Below, piece after piece: positions 8,692 through 18,038 of a stretch of DNA of 64,000 bases. Both the position numbers and the translations under genes were made by a program. Position 1 is the stretch's first letter. Each line of letters opens with the position of its first letter. The notes beneath the pieces were generated by a model that did no database searches, had not been told where the DNA came from, and saw nothing but the letters and a program-made list of their open reading frames with translations. Source of the DNA: Clostridia bacterium (GTDB lineage: Bacteria > Bacillota > Clostridia > UMGS1883); contig JAFQQD010000031.1 in the NCBI GenBank assembly GCA_017411435.1, positions 99,777 to 163,776 of the forward strand. The letters are read 5' to 3'.

Positions 8692-9225
8692 TTATCCTAA
8701 TATTTTTTCATTGTAAGATGCTATACATTTTTCAATGATTTCTTCTGCATCTTTTCGACCTAGAACCTCTAAAACTGCAGTTTCTTTGTTTTCAAGCGTC
8801 TTATAAACTTCAAAGAAATGCGAGATTTCGCGTGAAATATGCTCAGGAAGCTGTGAAATATCGTGATAACTTGAATTTGTCGGGTCATTGAGGGGTACTG
8901 CAATAATCTTTTCGTCAACTGCCCCGTCGTCAATCATCTTGATAACGCCGATGGGGTAACAACGGACAAGAACGAGTGTGTCTATTTTTTCCTGACAGAG
9001 AACAAGTACATCCAGAGGGTCATTATCTTCTGCATAGGTGCGCGGAATAAATCCGTAGTTTGCCGGATAGTGCGTTGCCGTATAAAGCACGCGGTCAAGG
9101 ATAATCATACCTGTTTCCTTGTCAAGCTCGTATTTGTTTCGTCCTCCTTTGGAAATTTCAACAACTGCAAGGAAGTCGTCCTTTTTAATTCTTTCGGGAT
9201 TTACATTGTGCCATACATTAAACAT
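8692..9225 (-). CDS. ppa: Inorganic pyrophosphatase, family I.
   Basis: 177 aa. EISKGGRNKYELDKETG...DPLDVLVL...DDGAVDEKIIAV signature. Confidence 0.9.
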   Translation of the reverse strand: MFNVWHNVNPERIKKDDFLAVVEISKGGRNKYELDKETGMIILDRVLYTATHYPANYGFIPRTYAEDNDPLDVLVLCQEKIDTLVLVRCYPIGVIKMIDDGAVDEKIIAVPLNDPTNSSYHDISQLPEHISREISHFFEVYKTLENKETAVLEVLGRKDAEEIIEKCIASYNEKILG

Positions 9226-9229
9226 TAAA

Positions 9230-10519
9230 TCAGACCTTTCTTAAATGTTTTGGATAATGGTTTTTTGCAATATTATCGCTAAGTTTATACCATCCTATGG
9301 GGTAAGTGCCGTTATAAAGCATCGCCCCGTAGCCTTTTTCGCCAATATGCGAAATCGCCTCGCCCTTTATATAAAGCGAAATTTCTTCATCCGTAAGCGA
9401 TATGGTCCTTCTAAACTCATCCTTTTTAAGCGCCATACAAAGATGGTGTGACGGAATAAACCGCCCTTTTCTGATTTCGCCCAGTTGCAAGCCGGGGCGA
9501 ACACATTTTATTTTGTCAAGGGAAATCATACCTGACGGAACGAGATACAAAAAATCGCCGAATGAAACGAAAACACCGCCAAGTGTGGTATTGAGGTTTT
9601 CCTCCTCGAATTCACGATAGATATTTGTTATTTCCCTTTTTGTTTCGGTTATGGGGATTCTTTTCTCGTTTTTTCTTTTTCCACCTTTTTCAAAAAGTGC
9701 ACAGAAGTGTCCTTCGCCCTTTACCTTATGCGGCATCAGACGGTGCATTTTTACTAGTTTTATATCTTCATATTTATGCTTAAATTTTTCTGCAACATCC
9801 TCATTTTCCACACGGGCAAAGGTGCAGGTTGAATATACAAGCTGTCCGCCCGTAGCAAGCATTTTATATGCGCTGTCGAGGATTGAAAGCTGTCTTTGTG
9901 CACAAGAGTAAGTGTGTTCTATACTCCACTCCTGAACGGCGATTTCGTCTTTCCGAAACATTCCCTCGCCGCTGCAGGGGGCATCGACAATAATTTTGTC
10001 AAAGAACTCGGAAAAATGTGATTCCATTTTTTCAGGATACATATTAGTTACAATCGTATTTTTAATTCCCATACGCTCGATATTTTCGCACAGGATTTTT
10101 GCGCGCCCGGGTACAACCTCGTTCGAAACAAGAAGCCCTGTTCCGTTAAGCTTTGCGGCAAGCTGTGTACTTTTTCCGCCCGGAGCAGCACACAAATCAA
10201 GCACCTTGTCCCCCTCTTTTATATCAATAGTTTCTGCCGTAATCATTGCAGATGGCTCCTGAGAATAAAAAAGGCCTGCAATGCTTGAGGGGTGATTACC
10301 CTTTTTTCCGTCATAGTAAAAACCGTTTTCACACCAATTAACATTTTCACCGCAAAAATCCACCGTTTTCTGAAAATCAGCTACAGATAATTTAAGGGTA
10401 TTTACGCGAAGTGCCGTGTAAGGCTTATCCTCGTAGGATTTAAGGAAATCATCATATTCAGCTTTAAGGTCGGTTTGCATTCTTTCAAGGAATTTTTCGG
10501 GAAGTTTCAATAATATCAC
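9230..10519 (-). CDS. NOL1/NOP2/Sun-family rRNA (cytosine-C5) methyltransferase, RsmF/RsmB-like.
   Basis: 429 aa. SAM-binding motif DLCAAPGGKS, catalytic motif DAPCSGEG, and a C-terminal PUA-like extension. Confidence 0.85.
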   Translation of the reverse strand: MILLKLPEKFLERMQTDLKAEYDDFLKSYEDKPYTALRVNTLKLSVADFQKTVDFCGENVNWCENGFYYDGKKGNHPSSIAGLFYSQEPSAMITAETIDIKEGDKVLDLCAAPGGKSTQLAAKLNGTGLLVSNEVVPGRAKILCENIERMGIKNTIVTNMYPEKMESHFSEFFDKIIVDAPCSGEGMFRKDEIAVQEWSIEHTYSCAQRQLSILDSAYKMLATGGQLVYSTCTFARVENEDVAEKFKHKYEDIKLVKMHRLMPHKVKGEGHFCALFEKGGKRKNEKRIPITETKREITNIYREFEEENLNTTLGGVFVSFGDFLYLVPSGMISLDKIKCVRPGLQLGEIRKGRFIPSHHLCMALKKDEFRRTISLTDEEISLYIKGEAISHIGEKGYGAMLYNGTYPIGWYKLSDNIAKNHYPKHLRKV

Positions 10520-10605
10520 CTGAATATAATATATCTATATTATTATAACATATAGGATTGTCAAAATAAAGCGTTTTTTGTACAAGTGATAAAAAATTTA
10601 CAAAG

Positions 10606-10638
10606 AAAAACAGATGTGGCATTGCCACACCTGTTTTA
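10606..10638 (-). terminator. Intrinsic terminator for the SH3b-protein gene.
   Basis: On the minus strand: CAGGTGTGGCAATGCCACATCTG followed by TTTTTCTTTG. Confidence 0.6.
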
Positions 10639-10644
10639 ATAGTC

Positions 10645-11511
10645 TTATTTCATCTTAGCGTATTCAATAACATACATACCGTCTCCTGTGTTTTCAACTG
10701 TTGTCAAATACTTTTCAATGGCATCATGTTGAGTTCCGTCATATTTGTAAACTCTTATGGTAGATTCGCGTATTACAGTTACGCGCGTCCTTGAAATTCG
10801 TTTTGTGCCGTAACAATTCACGCTCAGTACAAGTTCGCTATCTACGGTCTTTTTGACCTTTGGATGATTCTTTATTGTATCTGTAACCGCAGCACCTCTT
10901 TCGTACTGTGTTAGAACATCAACATCATTGGTGTTTATAGAATCAACATATGCGTAGAGTACATCTCTGACGAAATCTTCAACTTCTTCTTCGTTATAAT
11001 ACCATACATAAGGTTTGGTATATGACAAAAATTCGCTGCTTGCATATCCGTCTATACCATTGTAACTTACTTTTGAAAATCCATTTTTCGCAGGTCCGTT
11101 GCAGATTAAAGAATCTCCTGCCGGAATGTCAGCGAGTTTTGAGTAATCAGTTCCGGGACCAGACCTTAAAGTGAGGGTTGTATTGCAATTTGCATACATT
11201 GTTTCAGGAATATATTGTACTTCTTCCTCTTCTGGTTCTTCTGCTGATTTTTCATTTTCGACCGAAAGTTCTTCATCACTTTCTTTTTGAGTGATGCTTT
11301 CTTCCGTTTTTTTATTATCAGGGTCAGAGTCCTTGTCAGCCAATAAAATCAAAGCAGCTGCACTTACAACAATAGCTACCGTTGCCAGCATTATTGTTAT
11401 TATAAGAAGCATATTATTAGATTTATGTTTCCGCGTGTCCCTGAAAGCAGGTTCGCTTCCAAAATGCTCTTCTGCCAGCGAGTTCTGTGTATACTGATTA
11501 TAATCCTGCAT
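10645..11511 (-). CDS. Membrane-anchored protein with an extracellular SH3b (SH3_3) domain.
   Basis: 288 aa. Single TM (LLIITIMLATVAIVVSAAALILL), an acidic linker, the SH3b-like segment TLTLRSGPGTDYSKLADIPAGDSL...GYASSEFL, and a C-terminal domain of unknown function. Confidence 0.55.
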   Translation of the reverse strand: MQDYNQYTQNSLAEEHFGSEPAFRDTRKHKSNNMLLIITIMLATVAIVVSAAALILLADKDSDPDNKKTEESITQKESDEELSVENEKSAEEPEEEEVQYIPETMYANCNTTLTLRSGPGTDYSKLADIPAGDSLICNGPAKNGFSKVSYNGIDGYASSEFLSYTKPYVWYYNEEEVEDFVRDVLYAYVDSINTNDVDVLTQYERGAAVTDTIKNHPKVKKTVDSELVLSVNCYGTKRISRTRVTVIRESTIRVYKYDGTQHDAIEKYLTTVENTGDGMYVIEYAKMK

Positions 11512-11698
11512 GATACCACCTCATTATATATGTATTCTAACATACAAAATCATCAAAATAAAGTCTTTTTTTGTAATAAAAGAAAAATATCCGACACAAC
11601 AGAAAAGAAGCGTGCCGCTTCACCCATTTCGCGTCCTAATCAAACTTAAAACTAACAAAAGGTGCTCGCGATAAAAATACGCAATTTTCGACACAATA

Positions 11699-11732
11699 GA
11701 AAAGTCCTGCGGAAAATCCGCAGGACTTTTTA
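11699..11732. terminator. Hairpin terminator downstream of the PFOR gene.
   Basis: aaaAGTCCTGCGGaaaaTCCGCAGGACTtttt: a perfect 11-bp stem with T-runs. Confidence 0.7.
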
Positions 11733-11747
11733 CAGACATTTATTTAA

Positions 11748-14700
11748 TTAGTCCTGTGCACGCTTTACAAGTGCTTCGTACTTAGCCTTAGCACCTGCTG
11801 CTGCCTTTTCGAAGAGAGCCTTTGCTCTTTCGGGGTTAGAGCGAGCAAGTGAGTTGTAACGAACCTCGTTCATAAGGAATTCTTCATAGCTTTCTGTGGG
11901 CTCCTTAGAATCGAGCTGGAAGGGATTGAGACCTTCCTCTGCACGGCGAGGATCGAAACGGAAGAGATGCCAGTAACCAGCCTGTACTGCACGCTTTTCT
12001 TCTGTCTGAGCAATGCTCATACCGCCCTTGATACCATGGTTGATACAGGGAGCGTATGCGATAACAATTGAAGGACCGTTGTAAGTACCAGCTTCAACGA
12101 ATGCCTTCATACACTGGTTGTAGTCAGCACCCTGAGCAACCTGTGCTACATATACATAGCCATAGCTCATAGCGATTGCTGCGAGGTCTTTCTTCTTAAC
12201 TTCCTTACCAGCTGCTGCGAACTTAGCGATAGCGCCTGTGGGAGTAGCCTTAGAAGACTGACCGCCTGTGTTTGAGTAAACTTCTGTATCGAATACGAGG
12301 ATATTTACATCATCACCGCTAGCGAGTACATGATCAAGACCGCCGTAACCGATATCGTATGCCCAACCGTCACCACCGAGGATCCATACAGACTTCTTGG
12401 AAAGGTATTCCTTATCCTTGAGAATTTCATTAGCTTCAGGTGTGTTCATCTTGGAAAGGACTTCGATAAGTTCTGCAGTTGCAACCTTGTTAGCGTTTAC
12501 ATCTTCCTTAGTTTCGATGTACTTAGCAATTACTGCCTTGTCAGCGTCTGCTGCCTTGTCAGCTACTGCTTCAACCTTTGCCACGAGATCCTCACGGAGA
12601 GTGTTCTGTGCAAGGTACATACCGTAACCGTACTCTGCGTTATCTTCGAAGAGGGAGTTAGCCCATGCAGGACCTTCGCCCTTTTCGTTAACTGTGTAAG
12701 GTGTTGAGGGTGAGCTACCGCCCCAGATTGAAGAACAACCTGTTGCGTTTGCAATGTACATCTTGTCACCGTAAAGCTGAGTTACAAGCTTAGCATAAGG
12801 TGTTTCGCCACAACCTGCGCAAGCGCCTGAGAACTCGAGAAGGGGCTGCTTGAACTGGCTGCCCTTAACAGTTGTTTCCTTGAACTTGTCAAGAACTTCT
12901 GCCTTTGCGGGAATCTTGATACCGTAATCAAAGATTGCCTGCTGAGCTTCCTGTGTTTCGAGAGGCTTCATAACGAGAGCCTTTTCGCCCTTCTTACCGG
13001 GACATACATTAGCACAAGAGCCACAACCTGTACAGTCAAGAACTGATACAGCCATTGCAAAGTAAAGTCCGCTCATACCTGTCATATTGATATACTTGAT
13101 ACCTTCGGGAGCATTCTTTGCTTCTTCTTCTGTAAGAACTACAGGACGGATACAAGCATGAGGACAAACATAAGAACAGAAATTACACTGGATACAGTTG
13201 TCGCTGTTCCATTCGGGAACATCGATAGCGATACCGCGCTTCTCGAATGCAGAGCTACCGAGCGGAACTTCACCGTCAGCGTAAGGTACGAATGCAGAAA
13301 CGGGAAGCTTCATACCAGCAAATGAGTTGATGGGGTTAAGAATGTTGTTGATATAATCAACGAGTTTTCCTTCTCCTGCAACCTTAGATGTAAGGTCTTC
13401 ATCCTTAGCATCCTTCCAAGAAGCAGGAACTTCAACCTTGATAACCTTCTGAGCACCCATATCGATAGCGTCATGGTTCATCTTAACGATTGCTTCACCC
13501 TTCTTTGAGTAAGAAGCAGTAGCAGCGTCCTTCATGTACTTGATTGCATCTTCAGCAGGAATGATGTTAGCAAGCTTGAAGAATGCAGACTGAAGTACTG
13601 TATTGATACGGTTTCCAAGACCGATTTCCTTACCGATAGCAACACCGTCAATTACATAGAACTGGATGTCGTTTTCAGCGATGTAACGCTTAACCTGACC
13701 GGGGATATGTGCTTCGAATTCTTCAGCCTTTGTCCAGGGGCAGTTAAGAAGAAATACTCCCCCGGGCTTAACATCAGAAACCATATCGTACTTTCTGATG
13801 TAAGAAGCCTTATGACATGCAACAAAGTCAGCCTTGTTGATGAGGTATGTGCTTGTAATCTTAGCGTTACCGAAACGAAGGTGAGAAACTGTAAGACCGC
13901 CTGACTTCTTTGAGTCGTAGTCAAAGTAAGCCTGTACATTCATATCTGTGTGGTCACCGATAATCTTAACTGAGTTCTTGTTAGCACCAACAGTACCGTC
14001 AGCACCAAGACCCCAGAACTTACAGCTTGTGATGCCTTCAGGAGTTGTGTCGGGATTTTCTGTGATTTCAAGAGATGTAAATGTTACATCATCGTTGATA
14101 CCGATAGTAAATCTCTTCTTGTCGTTGTTCTTGTAAACAGCGATAATCTGAGCAGGAGTTGTATCCTTTGAACCAAGACCGTAACGGCCGCCGAAGATTT
14201 CTACATCCTTGAACTTAGAATCGCGAAGTGCTGCAACAACATCGAGGTAAAGAGGCTCACCGATGCTACCACATTCCTTTGTTCTGTCAAGAACGCTGAT
14301 CTTCTTAACTGTTGCGGGGATTGCTTCGATAAGGTGCTTAGCGCTGAAGGGTCTGTAAAGTCTAACCTTGATAAGACCAACCTTTGCGCCCTGCTTAACC
14401 ATGTAGTCAACTGTTTCCTGGATTGTGTCACATGCACTACCCATAGCAACGATTACATGCTCAGCATCTGCTGCACCGTAGTAGTTGAAGAGTTTATAGT
14501 CTGTACCGATTTCCTTGTTAACCTTGTCCATGTATTCCTGGCAGAGGTCGGGAACTGCATCGTAGAACTTGTTGTTTGCTTCCTTTGCCTGGAAGAATAC
14601 ATCAGGGTTCTGAGCAGTACCGCGCTGTGCGGGATGCTCGGGGTTAAGAGAACGGCGGCGGAATGCATCTACTGCATCCATGTCAACGAGTGCCTTGAGC

Positions 14701-15269
14701 TGATCGTCTGACCAACATTCAACCTTCTGATATTCGTGAGAAGTTCTGAAACCGTCAAAGAAATGAAGGAAAGGAACTCTTGCCTTAAGAGTTGTAAGGT
14801 GTGCTACTGCACCGAGGTCCATTGCTTCCTGAGGGTTAACAGAACAGAGCATTGCATAACCTGTCTGACGGCATGCATATACATCCTGATGGTCGCCAAA
14901 GATTGAAAGAGCGTGTGAAGCAAGTGCACGAGCAGATACATTGATAACTGAGGGCAAAAGTTCACCTGCGATCTTGTACATATTGGGAATCATAAGAAGA
15001 AGGCCCTGAGATGCTGTGTAAGTTGTTGTAAGAGCACCTGCTGTAAGTGAGCCGTGAACTGCACCAGCAGCACCGCCTTCAGACTGCATTTCTGCAATCT
15101 TTACAGTTCTGCCGAACATATTCTTCTTGCCCTTGGCAGCCCATTCATCTGTTACTTCCGCCATATTTGAGGAAGGTGTGATGGGGTAAATTGCGGCAAC
15201 ATCTGTAAACGCATATGAGACATATGCGGCAGCGGTGTTACCGTCCATGGTTTTCTTTTGTCTTGCCAT
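11748..15269 (-). CDS. nifJ: Pyruvate:ferredoxin (flavodoxin) oxidoreductase, homodimeric single-chain type.
   Basis: 1173 aa. N-terminal AAYVSYAFTDVAAIYPITPSS, ferredoxin-like CxxCxxCxxxCP pairs in the middle, and a TPP domain GGDGWAYDIG. Confidence 0.95.
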   Translation of the reverse strand: MARQKKTMDGNTAAAYVSYAFTDVAAIYPITPSSNMAEVTDEWAAKGKKNMFGRTVKIAEMQSEGGAAGAVHGSLTAGALTTTYTASQGLLLMIPNMYKIAGELLPSVINVSARALASHALSIFGDHQDVYACRQTGYAMLCSVNPQEAMDLGAVAHLTTLKARVPFLHFFDGFRTSHEYQKVECWSDDQLKALVDMDAVDAFRRRSLNPEHPAQRGTAQNPDVFFQAKEANNKFYDAVPDLCQEYMDKVNKEIGTDYKLFNYYGAADAEHVIVAMGSACDTIQETVDYMVKQGAKVGLIKVRLYRPFSAKHLIEAIPATVKKISVLDRTKECGSIGEPLYLDVVAALRDSKFKDVEIFGGRYGLGSKDTTPAQIIAVYKNNDKKRFTIGINDDVTFTSLEITENPDTTPEGITSCKFWGLGADGTVGANKNSVKIIGDHTDMNVQAYFDYDSKKSGGLTVSHLRFGNAKITSTYLINKADFVACHKASYIRKYDMVSDVKPGGVFLLNCPWTKAEEFEAHIPGQVKRYIAENDIQFYVIDGVAIGKEIGLGNRINTVLQSAFFKLANIIPAEDAIKYMKDAATASYSKKGEAIVKMNHDAIDMGAQKVIKVEVPASWKDAKDEDLTSKVAGEGKLVDYINNILNPINSFAGMKLPVSAFVPYADGEVPLGSSAFEKRGIAIDVPEWNSDNCIQCNFCSYVCPHACIRPVVLTEEEAKNAPEGIKYINMTGMSGLYFAMAVSVLDCTGCGSCANVCPGKKGEKALVMKPLETQEAQQAIFDYGIKIPAKAEVLDKFKETTVKGSQFKQPLLEFSGACAGCGETPYAKLVTQLYGDKMYIANATGCSSIWGGSSPSTPYTVNEKGEGPAWANSLFEDNAEYGYGMYLAQNTLREDLVAKVEAVADKAADADKAVIAKYIETKEDVNANKVATAELIEVLSKMNTPEANEILKDKEYLSKKSVWILGGDGWAYDIGYGGLDHVLASGDDVNILVFDTEVYSNTGGQSSKATPTGAIAKFAAAGKEVKKKDLAAIAMSYGYVYVAQVAQGADYNQCMKAFVEAGTYNGPSIVIAYAPCINHGIKGGMSIAQTEEKRAVQAGYWHLFRFDPRRAEEGLNPFQLDSKEPTESYEEFLMNEVRYNSLARSNPERAKALFEKAAAGAKAKYEALVKRAQD

Positions 15270-15400
15270 GAAAAAATTCCTCCTTGAGTTTTATAATAAA
15301 TTAAATAAATTAATTTCTAATTTACCAACCTTCATTATAATCCTTTTTTTTCAATTAGTCAAGGTCTTACACGAGAAATAACCGTGCTTTTTTTATCGAT

Positions 15401-17944
15401 TTATGTGCTTTCGTTTGAAATATCGCGAATAATCTCCTCTATTTCTTTTTTTGTTTCCTCAATTTCAGTTATAAATGCGGCGGCGCTGATTCTTACTGCA
15501 CCGCTTCCGAGAATTATCAATTGTTCAAGATAATCACTCGTTGCAACCTGAACATGATGCTTTTTACCGAGTTCGTGAACCGCCTTTTCAATATATGCAT
15601 CAGCAGTCTGCGCTTCCTTGGTGTAAACCACAGTAATGTTGTGAATTCTTTCCACTTCTCCGCGGTTTCCTTTTACTTTATAAGCATCAAAAACAACAAT
15701 CACTTCGTACGGACGCATCGCCTTATATGCGCAGATACGGTCAATTAACATATTTCGCGCATCTTCGAGGTTGTCCTTTGCAATTTCTTTGAGTTCGTCC
15801 CACGCAAAAATTATGTTGTAGCCATCGATAAGAAGATAGCCCGGCCCTTCCTTCTGCGCTGATGCACGGTGCTTCTTAGGCGGTGCAACATCCTTTGGAG
15901 TGCGCATTGCATTATGATTTTTGCGCACAATTTTACCGTATGTGCGCTCGAAAATTGCCATAAGTTCGTCATCGTCATAAACTGCTTTTGTCTTTGGGCG
16001 CACCAAAACAGAAATAGCATCATCAGTTTTTTCACTGAAAATACTGTCAAGATGCATAAACTCCGTTACCTGATGCCACGGCACATTAAATCCTGCGCCG
16101 TGCTGACAGAATACGCTGTCTGCACTGTTTTCGATATCTCCATCACAGTTATAGCCGATTTGGGCTACTACCTCATCTTGATTTGCACATTCAAGATACC
16201 CTCTGAAGGAGCATGAAAGTGTGCCGAGTCCGTGGGTATAACTCGTGACGCTGCGCTGATATGAGCGTATTTGTCGAACGGGAGCAAAGCCTGTGATAAC
16301 GGCTTCATTTTCCAGTATCTCGGGAGCATTAACGGTAGCACCCATCTGTTCAAGGTCGGTCATTGCCCTGCCGATTGAGTCTGTCGGCAGATTAAGTGTA
16401 AAGTCGTAATAAGGCTCTAAAAGGACACTTTCAGCACACCTGAGTCCGTGTCGTACTGCGCGGTAGGTCGCCTGGCGAAAATCGCCACCCTCAGTATGCT
16501 TAAGGTGTGCCTTTCCCGATTTTAATGTGATTTTCATATCGGTAATTGCGCTTCCCGTAAGGACGCCGATATGCCTCTTTTCATTAAGGTGTGTGAGAAT
16601 AAGCCTTTGCCAGTTACGGGCAAGGAAATTTTCGTCAGCATCTGTATCGAATTTAAGACCTTCGCCTCTTTTAAGAGGTTCGAGCAGAAGATGTACCTCG
16701 GCATAATGGCGGAGTGGTTCATAGTGACCTACGCCTTCAACCTTGGATGCGATTGTCTCCTTGTATACGATGCTTCCCTGTGCAAATTCAACATCAAGAT
16801 CAAAGCGTTCTTTAAGAAGGCGCTCCATAATTTCAAGTTGAACTTCGCCCATAAGCTGAATATGAATTTCGCCAAGGGCACTGTTGTAGCTCGCGCGGAG
16901 CTGGGTTTCCTCTTCCTCAAGTTTTTTGAGTTTTGCAAGGGCGACACGCGAATCTGTGCCGTCTTTTATGACAACACGGTAGTTAAAGACGGGTTCAAGT
17001 GTGAGAGAAGGAGAATTTTTTTCAAATCCTAAACCCTCGCCGCCCGATAGGGACGAAATCCCGCAAACTGCACAGACATCGCCCGATGTAACTTCCGAAG
17101 CACTTTTATATTTTTCGCCTGAATATATACGGATTTCGGATACCTTTTCCTCGCCTATTTTATCACGGACGCAAAGTTTTCCGCCTGTTATTTTCATATG
17201 GGTAAGGCGTGCACCTTTTTCATCCTCCGAAATTTTGAAAACACGGGCACCGAAATTTTCGTTTTTGTCAGCATAGAGAGTGTATTTTTCTATTCCTGAA
17301 AGGAGTTCTTTGACGCCCTCGTTTTTTAAGGCTGAACCGAAATAGCATGGGAATATTTTGCGTTGTGCAATGGCATTTTTTATTTCATCATCAGTAATAG
17401 TTCCGTTTTCAAGGTAAAAATCACAAAGTTCTTCACTGCAAAGTGCAGTTTCCTCAAAAAAGGTTTCATCGTCATTTCCAAACACAACAAAACCACCCCC
17501 AAAGGCATTTATAAGCCCCTGGAGGTTTTTGTCGGCATCTGCCGTTTGCATATCCATTTTATTTACAAATACGAAGGTGGGTATTGCGTGGTCTGACAAA
17601 AGTTTCCACAGGGTTTTTGTATGACTCTGCACACCTTCGGCACCATTTATTACGAGTATTGCCGCATCAAGCGCCCAGAGAACTCTTTCCGCTTCTGCGG
17701 AAAAATCCACATGTCCCGGAGTGTCAAGTAGGGTTATTTGTGCATTTTCTGTATTTATTACCGCCTGCTTTGAAAATATGGTAATTCCGCGGTCGCGCTC
17801 CATATCATTTGTGTCCAGAAAAGCGTCTCCGTGGTCCACTCTCCCTAATTTGCGGATTTCGCCCGATGTAAAAAGCATCGCCTCGGAAAGAGTGGTTTTA
17901 CCACTGTCAACATGCGCCAGTATTCCCAGTGCTATTTTTTTCAT
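15401..17944 (-). CDS. Fusion protein. The N-terminal ~680 aa is a TetM/TetO/EF-G-like translational GTPase. The C-terminal ~160 aa is a YacP/Rae1-type NYN (PIN-like) ribonuclease domain.
   Basis: 847 aa. N-terminus AHVDSGKTTLSEAMLF...RGITI...DTPGH...NKMD and overall collinearity with the ribosomal protection protein family. C-terminus LLIDGYNIIFAW...VIVVFDAYKVKG...TADAYIEKAV...VATSDYLEQ closely parallels B. subtilis YacP/Rae1 (VDGYNMIGAW...VIVVFDAHLVKG...TADERIEK...VATSDYTEQ). Confidence 0.75.
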   Translation of the reverse strand: MKKIALGILAHVDSGKTTLSEAMLFTSGEIRKLGRVDHGDAFLDTNDMERDRGITIFSKQAVINTENAQITLLDTPGHVDFSAEAERVLWALDAAILVINGAEGVQSHTKTLWKLLSDHAIPTFVFVNKMDMQTADADKNLQGLINAFGGGFVVFGNDDETFFEETALCSEELCDFYLENGTITDDEIKNAIAQRKIFPCYFGSALKNEGVKELLSGIEKYTLYADKNENFGARVFKISEDEKGARLTHMKITGGKLCVRDKIGEEKVSEIRIYSGEKYKSASEVTSGDVCAVCGISSLSGGEGLGFEKNSPSLTLEPVFNYRVVIKDGTDSRVALAKLKKLEEEETQLRASYNSALGEIHIQLMGEVQLEIMERLLKERFDLDVEFAQGSIVYKETIASKVEGVGHYEPLRHYAEVHLLLEPLKRGEGLKFDTDADENFLARNWQRLILTHLNEKRHIGVLTGSAITDMKITLKSGKAHLKHTEGGDFRQATYRAVRHGLRCAESVLLEPYYDFTLNLPTDSIGRAMTDLEQMGATVNAPEILENEAVITGFAPVRQIRSYQRSVTSYTHGLGTLSCSFRGYLECANQDEVVAQIGYNCDGDIENSADSVFCQHGAGFNVPWHQVTEFMHLDSIFSEKTDDAISVLVRPKTKAVYDDDELMAIFERTYGKIVRKNHNAMRTPKDVAPPKKHRASAQKEGPGYLLIDGYNIIFAWDELKEIAKDNLEDARNMLIDRICAYKAMRPYEVIVVFDAYKVKGNRGEVERIHNITVVYTKEAQTADAYIEKAVHELGKKHHVQVATSDYLEQLIILGSGAVRISAAAFITEIEETKKEIEEIIRDISNEST

Positions 17945-18008
17945 AAGGTAGTTTCCTTCTATAAAAAGTTTCTATGTGTATTATATCTGTAATACCTTAC
18001 AAAGTCAA

Positions 18009-18038
18009 GAAAGGGAGATGCGAACATCTCCCTTTTTA
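18009..18038. terminator. Intrinsic terminator at the MATE gene 3' end, between divergent units.
   Basis: GGGAGATGcgaaCATCTCCC followed by tttttatt on the plus strand. The minus-strand reading is followed by TTTCTTGACTTT. Confidence 0.65.

Noticed and set aside
12330-14711. Several 60-125-aa ORFs antisense to the PFOR gene. Similar antisense ORFs occur inside hydF, PBP2, carB, alaS, ftsK, csaB and others.
   Set aside because: They lie entirely within, and antisense to, strongly supported long CDSs. Their composition is low-complexity or Cys/Ser-rich. They have no RBS. They are spurious.
15401-17944. Calling the TetM-like ORF a tetracycline-resistance (ribosomal protection) gene.
   Set aside because: The similarity is at the family level only. 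The ORF is chromosomal and has no mobile-element context. It is fused to a Rae1/YacP nuclease domain. Annotating it as tetM/tetO would be unjustified.
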